Source: a virus. From it: DNA of 64,000 bases. Position 1 is the stretch's first letter; every line of letters starts with the position of its first letter. Positions 59,385 through 64,000 of this stretch are shown here, piece by piece. Location: IMG/VR virus record IMGVR_UViG_3300020159_002453, positions 15,879 to 79,878 of that record. The stretch is one strand, 5' to 3'. Position numbers and translations under genes: made by a program. The notes beneath the pieces are model-generated. The model had not been told where the DNA came from and did not search any database. It saw nothing but the letters and a program-made list of their open reading frames with translations.

Positions 59385-59681
59385 ATGGATAAAGAAAATA
59401 CAGTAACTAACACGATTTCCCTTTACGAATTCGCCCGTTGGGCCTCTCTACTAGAGGCAGTAGATATTATTGCCGAAAAATGCGAGGATCGTGGAATCGA
59501 CTTTGATAGTGATGAAGGTATTAAATATATTAAACCTCTAGATATTCAGGACTACGTCAATACTCGTACTGATACACTATTAATGAAAATTAAAACTGCC
59601 CGGAATATTGAAAACAATCTTAAAAGTATCAAATGCCTACAAATCGAAAATCAATTAAAGCGCTTGGTAGTTGTCGAGTAG
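59385..59681 (+). CDS. Possible gp33-like late transcription co-activator
   Basis: SLLEAV..KCEDRGIDFD..IKP resembles the gp33 core. Size is consistent. Confidence 0.4.
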   Translation: MDKENTVTNTISLYEFARWASLLEAVDIIAEKCEDRGIDFDSDEGIKYIKPLDIQDYVNTRTDTLLMKIKTARNIENNLKSIKCLQIENQLKRLVVVE

Positions 59682-60196
59682 TCCAACTGTTTGGCGAGAT
59701 TGACGAAAAACTCGCCCAACAAGTTATTACTAACCTTATTGCGTTAGATAAACGCGGTAGCAGAGATATTCTACTCATGATTGATACTGTAGGTGGAGAT
59801 CTCGATGCAGCTATCTCTATTTATCAAGTTGCATGCTTACTTAAAAGTCAAGTTGCAACCTTAGCTTTGTCTAATGTGAGTTCTGCGGGAACTATTCTTC
59901 TGGCGTGTGGGGCAGCCGGTAAACGTATGGTAATGGAGCAAAGTATTGTAATGCTACACGATATTAGCTCTGAGCTTTCTAACGATTACCATCAAGTACT
60001 AGAAAATGAGATCTTGTCTTTACGTTGTTCTAAGAGAGCAGTTTCAGAAATGCTTACTGCAAACAATGCAACGCCCGCTATTGAATTAATTAAACCGGCA
60101 CCGACTTATCTTTTGGGTAAAGAAGTACTGGAATATAAGATAGCCGACATAGTCATAAAAAACCTTGAAGATCTACATAAAGTAGTTAAAATCTAA
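59633..60196 (+). CDS. ClpP-like protease subunit
   Basis: LFGEID, IDTVGG, SSAGTILLACG, KR, MLHD. Confidence 0.85.
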   Translation: MPTNRKSIKALGSCRVVQLFGEIDEKLAQQVITNLIALDKRGSRDILLMIDTVGGDLDAAISIYQVACLLKSQVATLALSNVSSAGTILLACGAAGKRMVMEQSIVMLHDISSELSNDYHQVLENEILSLRCSKRAVSEMLTANNATPAIELIKPAPTYLLGKEVLEYKIADIVIKNLEDLHKVVKI

Positions 60197-60198
60197 AT

Positions 60199-60735
60199 AT
60201 GAATACATTATACCGCACCAAGTGTTACACGATTGGTGCAATGGAATACGCCGACGGAAGTGATTGGCGTACTACAGTGGAGACAGCACTTAAACCACGG
60301 GATATTACCGTGTTTAACCCATACACTAAGCCATTTATTAATGACTGTGACGAATCACCAGATGTACGCGTTCGCATGAGAAATCATATGGTTCATGAGG
60401 AGTATGACTCGGTAACTAAGTGGGCTAGAGATATTCGTCGTTATGATCTTAATTTGGTAGATCGCTCTGACTTTATTATTGCTTATATTATTCCTTCAAC
60501 TGCAAGTTGGGGTACTGCTGAAGAACTTTCCACTGCAGTATCATCTCGTAAACCTATCTTTACAGTTATTGAAGGTGGTAAGGTTAATTGCCCGTTATGG
60601 CTTATGGGGCAACTTAAACATAAGTATATGTATAATTCTATTCAAGAAGCACTTGATATGATTATTAGTATTGACGAGGGAATTGTACCAATTGATAGCC
60701 CAGCGTGGAGATTACTCAAACCCGAACTAAGATAA
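60199..60735 (+). CDS. Nucleoside 2-deoxyribosyltransferase / NMP glycosidase-like protein
   Basis: YTIGAM..WR..FNP..DLNLVDRSD..SWGTAEEL. Confidence 0.82.
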   Translation: MNTLYRTKCYTIGAMEYADGSDWRTTVETALKPRDITVFNPYTKPFINDCDESPDVRVRMRNHMVHEEYDSVTKWARDIRRYDLNLVDRSDFIIAYIIPSTASWGTAEELSTAVSSRKPIFTVIEGGKVNCPLWLMGQLKHKYMYNSIQEALDMIISIDEGIVPIDSPAWRLLKPELR

Positions 60736-60738
60736 TTT

Positions 60739-60933
60739 ATGGCATACTCAGCAAGACCAACAGGCGACTTCTTACAATTCTTTAATGCTCTTACCGGCGC
60801 TCCTTATTTTTCTATTCATACCGGGGCAAGAGGGCTTCAAAATTACTCTATGAGTGGTAATACAGTTACGGTTACCTATAAAACAGGGATTACCGAGGTA
60901 TGGGACCTATCTAAACGTAGTAAGATTCGTTAA
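60739..60933 (+). CDS. Hypothetical protein
   Basis: 64-aa ORF in an operon. Confidence 0.6.
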   Translation: MAYSARPTGDFLQFFNALTGAPYFSIHTGARGLQNYSMSGNTVTVTYKTGITEVWDLSKRSKIR

Positions 60934-61178
60934 TGACAACCGAATATATCATAGTAGACGCTTCTATCAAGTATATGAATGCTCGGAATGCTATAGAAGA
61001 AGGCTTACTATATACCGCTGAAACTAAGTGGGGTCGTAAGTTAAATCTAGCCACTAAATTTACGGATACTGATAGTGCGATTAAAGTTGCTAGAGAACTC
61101 AATCAAGAGCTTCCCGTGAAGATATTAATGCTTCAAACCGAGGGCAATAGAATTGGGGTAGGAGAAGTTAAATTCTGA
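60933..61178 (+). CDS. Hypothetical protein
   Basis: 81 aa, TAATG coupling to the previous ORF. Confidence 0.6.
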   Translation: MTTEYIIVDASIKYMNARNAIEEGLLYTAETKWGRKLNLATKFTDTDSAIKVARELNQELPVKILMLQTEGNRIGVGEVKF

Positions 61179-61202
61179 GGGCGGATAGCATAAGTATTAA
61201 AT

Positions 61203-61418
61203 ATGGCGCACACATTAAAGCTTTTAGCGGAAAAATATTCTCAAGTTACTGACAACACAAGCGATTGTGAAATGGAAGAAAATCATGACGAAACAGACAT
61301 GTCCAATCCTGAAGAAAGAACTGAAGTGCATATTGCTAATGAAATTTTAAGCGCTACTGATATGGAAAAAGTTAAGACTTTAGCTCAAGAGCTTTTAAAG
61401 ATGCACGGCCAGGAATAA
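61203..61418 (+). CDS. Small acidic late protein
   Basis: 71 aa. TAAGTA 6 nt upstream. Confidence 0.65.
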   Translation: MAHTLKLLAEKYSQVTDNTSDCEMEENHDETDMSNPEERTEVHIANEILSATDMEKVKTLAQELLKMHGQE

Positions 61419-61469
61419 TAGAGCAACATTAGGCTTGCTTTTTAGAGTTAAGAGCCCATTATAGGGCTA

Positions 61470-62138
61470 ATGAAATTAGTGGACACAACTACACAAGTAG
61501 TAGAACCAACTACCCGTACTACCCTTCTCCTTAACCGGAACCATCAAGCGTTCTCGTTTTGTTCTGCACGTGCAGCTATGAGACACTTAATTACCGGGCG
61601 TATTAAAGGTATGGATGCAGACGGCAATATCGTATCATGGGATGGTGCTGATATGGATCAATACCCATCTGTAGAATCATCTCTTTCTTGGTGTGCAAAC
61701 AATGTAGCTTTGTTCGATAATCACCCTTACTTAAGAAGTGCTCCAAATGCAGTTACCGGAGAAGAATCCCGTAGATACATACCTACCATAGCACTATGTA
61801 GCCATCACTTTGGTTTTCATGTAAGACGTGGTGAAACCGTATCTTTAAAGTCTTTATATTCAATATATAAAGGTACTTGTCAGTACTGCTTAAATCCGAT
61901 ACCTTTTAACAGTGCTACCAAGGACCATGTTATCCCTAAATCTAAAGGTGGTACTAACCACGATTTTAATTTAGTTTTAGCGTGTCGTAAATGTAACAAC
62001 GAAAAGGATAACATTTTTCCGTATTTTGACATTGAAGGTAACGAAGTTAAGCCTCGTAAGATGCTCCGTACCGGGGTGTTTGTGCCTGATGCTGACAACG
62101 TTAGAGAAGAATGGAAGCCTTATCTTTACATAGATTAA
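61470..62138 (+). CDS. HNH endonuclease (McrA-like)
   Basis: TLLLN N-terminus, CQYC, DHVIPKSKGG, NLVLACRKCNNEK. Confidence 0.9.
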   Translation: MKLVDTTTQVVEPTTRTTLLLNRNHQAFSFCSARAAMRHLITGRIKGMDADGNIVSWDGADMDQYPSVESSLSWCANNVALFDNHPYLRSAPNAVTGEESRRYIPTIALCSHHFGFHVRRGETVSLKSLYSIYKGTCQYCLNPIPFNSATKDHVIPKSKGGTNHDFNLVLACRKCNNEKDNIFPYFDIEGNEVKPRKMLRTGVFVPDADNVREEWKPYLYID

Positions 62139-62157
62139 AAAATATTAAAAATAAAGC

Positions 62158-62194
62158 TTGTAATTAAGGAAAAATAAGCTACTATGTATAAGTA
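62158..62194 (+). promoter_or_regulatory. Tandem early and late promoters of the tRNA array
   Basis: TTGTAA-N16-TACTAT (62158-62185) followed by TATAAGTA (62187-62194). Confidence 0.65.
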
Positions 62195-62205
62195 TTAATT
62201 AACAA

Positions 62206-62286
62206 ATGTCAATACGCACAATCAGTACCCAATTTAATCCATGCTACTCAACAGTAGCTAAAGGAGAAGATTTGGTTCGGGTTTAA
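62206..62286 (+). CDS. Putative attenuator leader peptide MSIRTISTQFNPCYSTVAKGEDLVRV
   Basis: 26-codon ORF just downstream of the promoters. Its stop codon is inside the antiterminator arm. Confidence 0.6.
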   Translation: MSIRTISTQFNPCYSTVAKGEDLVRV

Positions 62287-62345
62287 AGTCAATTTTCATA
62301 AAAAACTTTAAACCCTAAGACCTAAAAAGCTTAGGGTTTTTTATT
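62279..62345 (+). terminator. Terminator/antiterminator switch upstream of the tRNA array
   Basis: Terminator AAACCCTAAG (62310-19)/CTTAGGGTTT (62330-39) plus T run. Competing 11-bp stem GGGTTTAAAGT (62279-89)/ACTTTAAACCC (62305-15). Confidence 0.75.
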
Positions 62346-62628
62346 ATTTGACATTTTATTTTTGACTTTGGTAAAAGCGTACCAAGAAACGCCTAAAATA
62401 ACCACCACATCCTTTATCGGGTAGTGTTTTGTGGGACCCAATAACAGAAGACATCTATTCTGTGAGGACGAAGTGAATCAATAAGTTAGAGTTCTTTGAG
62501 ACGAGCCCCGGACGTCTTTAAATAAATTGCCGGGCTCATTTAAGGTCTAAGTGTTAGATAAAAACGAAATGCCGACTGCACCTTCGGATGCAGCCAGAAC
62601 ACTGAGCTATCGTTACCTTTCCAATTTT

Positions 62629-62693
62629 TCCTACCTGCACTGAATGTCGGGTTCATCCGTGAAAGCAGCAATGCTTCTAGGTGCATGGTGGGA
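62629..62693 (+). ncRNA. SRP (4.5S) domain IV-like hairpin RNA
   Basis: GTCGGGTTCA-TCCG-TGAAAGCAGC versus the SRP core GUCAGGUCC-GGAA-GGAAGCAGC. Closed by TCCTACC/GGTGGGA. Confidence 0.4.
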
Positions 62694-62703
62694 TGTTAGT
62701 TTT

Positions 62704-62779
62704 GCCCTTGTAGCTCAGTTGGTAGAGCGCTTGCTTTGTAAGCATGATGTCGTCAGTTCAAATCTGTCCGAGGGCTCCA
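62704..62779 (+). tRNA. tRNA-Thr(UGU)
   Basis: Cloverleaf, anticodon loop TTTGTAA, GTTCAAATC T-arm, encoded CCA. Confidence 0.93.
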
Positions 62780-62785
62780 TTTTAA

Positions 62786-62877
62786 GGAAGGGTGGCTGAG
62801 CATGGCTTAAGGCGCTAGTCTTGAAAACTTGAGTTGCCTAAAAACGACCGTGGGTTCGAATCCCACCCCTTCCTCCA
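62786..62877 (+). tRNA. tRNA-Ser(UGA)
   Basis: Anticodon loop CTTGAAA, long variable arm, GTTCGAATC, CCA. Confidence 0.93.
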
Positions 62878-62882
62878 GTTTA

Positions 62883-62972
62883 GGAAATATGGCTGAGTGG
62901 TTTATGGCAAGACTTTGCTAAAGTCTCGGGTCCTAAAAAGCCCCGAAGGTTCGAATCCTTCTATTTCCGCCA
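62883..62972 (+). tRNA. tRNA-Ser(GCU)
   Basis: AGACT-TTGCTAA-AGTCT, long variable arm, CCA. Confidence 0.93.
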
Positions 62973-63118
62973 ATTTGCAAACGCCACGTCATTGGCGAAA
63001 TTGAGGTTGCCTCAAATGACAATTTTAACGGCCTTAAACGTAAACAAAAACGTTATGTTAGAAGCACTGTACACGCTCGACTAACAAAGTGACAGATGGA
63101 GAGACATCACCAATTTTT

Positions 63119-63227
63119 GGGCCGAAACTGATCTTAACACTTACGGGTGTTAATACGTTGAACATTCAACATGACGATAAAGCATGGCTAAGAATGTCGA
63201 TAGGTTTGATTCCTATACGGTCCACTA
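63119..63227 (+). ncRNA. tRNA-like RNA with G3:U70 acceptor stem (tmRNA TLD-like)
   Basis: GGGCCG/CGGTCC-A-CTA acceptor and ATAGG-TTTGATT-CCTAT T-arm. No normal D or anticodon arm. Confidence 0.45.
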
Positions 63228-63233
63228 TTTTAT

Positions 63234-63326
63234 GGGTAAGAGGCTACTATTGGTTGTGTGGCAACGCACTGTAAATGCGTTCTCTTTTGAGTAACACTGG
63301 GGGTTCAATTCCCTCCTTACCCACCA
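63234..63326 (+). tRNA. tRNA-Tyr(GUA)
   Basis: ACGCA-CTGTAAA-TGCGT, variable arm, GTTCAATTC, CCA. Confidence 0.9.
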
Positions 63327-63509
63327 TTTTTTGCATATCGGGACGGCAAGGCGTCAGTGAAAACTCTACCGCATCAGGGTAGCGATTAACGGATAATTAC
63401 AGAAGTAACTAATTTTTTATCTTAGCAAAAATTTTATTCGGTTAACGGTAAAAGTCCGTGTTGTTGTAATCCACTTTACGACGTAGAGGACGGTTTAGTG
63501 AGCCTGAGA

Positions 63510-63554
63510 TGCAGCAAGCGCACTGCAGCAATTATCTGTAGCAAGCGCACTGCA
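63510..63554 (+). repeat. Tandem near-identical hairpins with loop CAAGCGCA
   Basis: TGCAG-CAAGCGCA-CTGCA (63510-27) and TGTAG-CAAGCGCA-CTGCA (63537-54). Confidence 0.85.
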
Positions 63555-63589
63555 TTAATATTGAAGTTCCGACCGAATAATTAATTTAC

Positions 63590-63664
63590 GGACCCGTAGT
63601 GAAACGTATATCACGCAAAGCTACGAACTTTGTATTGAAGGTTAGATTCCTTCCGGGTCCACCA
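63590..63664 (+). tRNA. tRNA-Arg(ACG)
   Basis: CAAAG-CTACGAA-CTTTG, acceptor GGACCCG/CGGGTCC, CCA. Confidence 0.9.
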
Positions 63665-63669
63665 TTTTA

Positions 63670-63745
63670 GGGAGTTTGGTGAAGCAGGTGCTCACGTGCC
63701 GCTGAAGACGGCAAGAATCTGGATCGTTACCAGAAGCTCCCACCA
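63670..63745 (+). tRNA. tRNA-Phe(GAA)
   Basis: TGCCG-CTGAAGA-CGGCA, acceptor GGGAGTT/AGCTCCC, CCA. Atypical T-loop. Confidence 0.85.
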
Positions 63746-63835
63746 TTTTTCAAGTTTCTGAGAGGTGCTGGCCTGACAACCGGCGTGCCGATAATATCAG
63801 TTATTTGACGGGCAGGTAAAAGCCCACTATTTTAT

Positions 63836-63906
63836 CAGTGTGGTAACCGTGTTCAATGAACTCGGTGATATGCAATCTGGGTGAATGTAACCTAGCACAC
63901 TGTCCA
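63836..63906 (+). ncRNA. 71-nt tRNA mimic ending in CCA
   Basis: Perfect 7-bp stem CAGTGTG/CACACTG followed by T-CCA. T-arm-like hairpin and only one other arm. Confidence 0.5.
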
Positions 63907-64000
63907 ATTTATTATATGACAACTGCGGAGATAGTAATTCCAATAAAGTTGTTACTGTATGAGTACATTAGTTATGCTCGTTAATTACTATAGAGCATAG

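Noticed and set aside
62366-62392. preQ1 riboswitch, tempting given the que genes
   Set aside because: The pseudoknot lacks the class I loop and A-rich tail consensus and the class II loop sequence, and it is not upstream of a que gene.
63089-63274. 61-aa ORF in the ORF track
   Set aside because: It overlaps tRNA-Tyr and the tRNA-like unit and has no coding signals.
63440-63500. RNase P RNA suggested by GGTAAAAGTCCG
   Set aside because: The complementary 3' P4 strand and other conserved regions could not be found.
63510-63554. Possible mini-CRISPR array
   Set aside because: Only two 18-nt units separated by 9 nt, too short for repeats and spacers, and no cas genes in the window.
1-64000. 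Stop-codon reassignment
   Set aside because: Core genes are intact in the standard code, and no suppressor anticodon is seen among the six tRNAs.

Overview
This is a 64 kb piece of a large T4-like (myovirus-type) phage genome in the standard genetic code. Head/neck genes: gp23, gp22, gp21, gp20, gp13, gp15, gp4 and a GroES-like chaperonin. Replication/recombination genes: gp43, 41, 61, 32, 45, 62, 46/47, UvsW/X/Y, RNase H and late sigma gp55. Nucleotide metabolism and auxiliary genes: nrdA, thyX, phoH. It also carries about ten glycosyltransferases, several free-standing homing endonucleases, and a complete 7-deazaguanine pathway (folE2, queD, queE, queC plus a GATase, and two-domain queF). 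Next to the DNA polymerase sits a cassette of a TGT/DpdA-like transglycosylase, a PurN-like formyltransferase and a kinase, predicting formyl-preQ1-type DNA modification. The window ends in a tRNA/ncRNA array. The most striking feature not explained by the gene list precedes that array. A 26-codon leader ORF samples 18 of 20 amino acids, including a codon for every tRNA seen downstream, and its stop codon lies inside an antiterminator arm that competes with an intrinsic terminator. This looks like a ribosome-coupled attenuator that would switch the phage tRNA array on when translation stalls, for example after host tRNA cleavage. The array also holds SRP-like, tmRNA-like and tRNA-mimic RNA candidates. 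Early-type promoters show a nearly fixed 16-nt spacer, and most genes have very short leaders without Shine-Dalgarno sequences. All calls come from reading motifs by eye; no database searches or folding programs were run.
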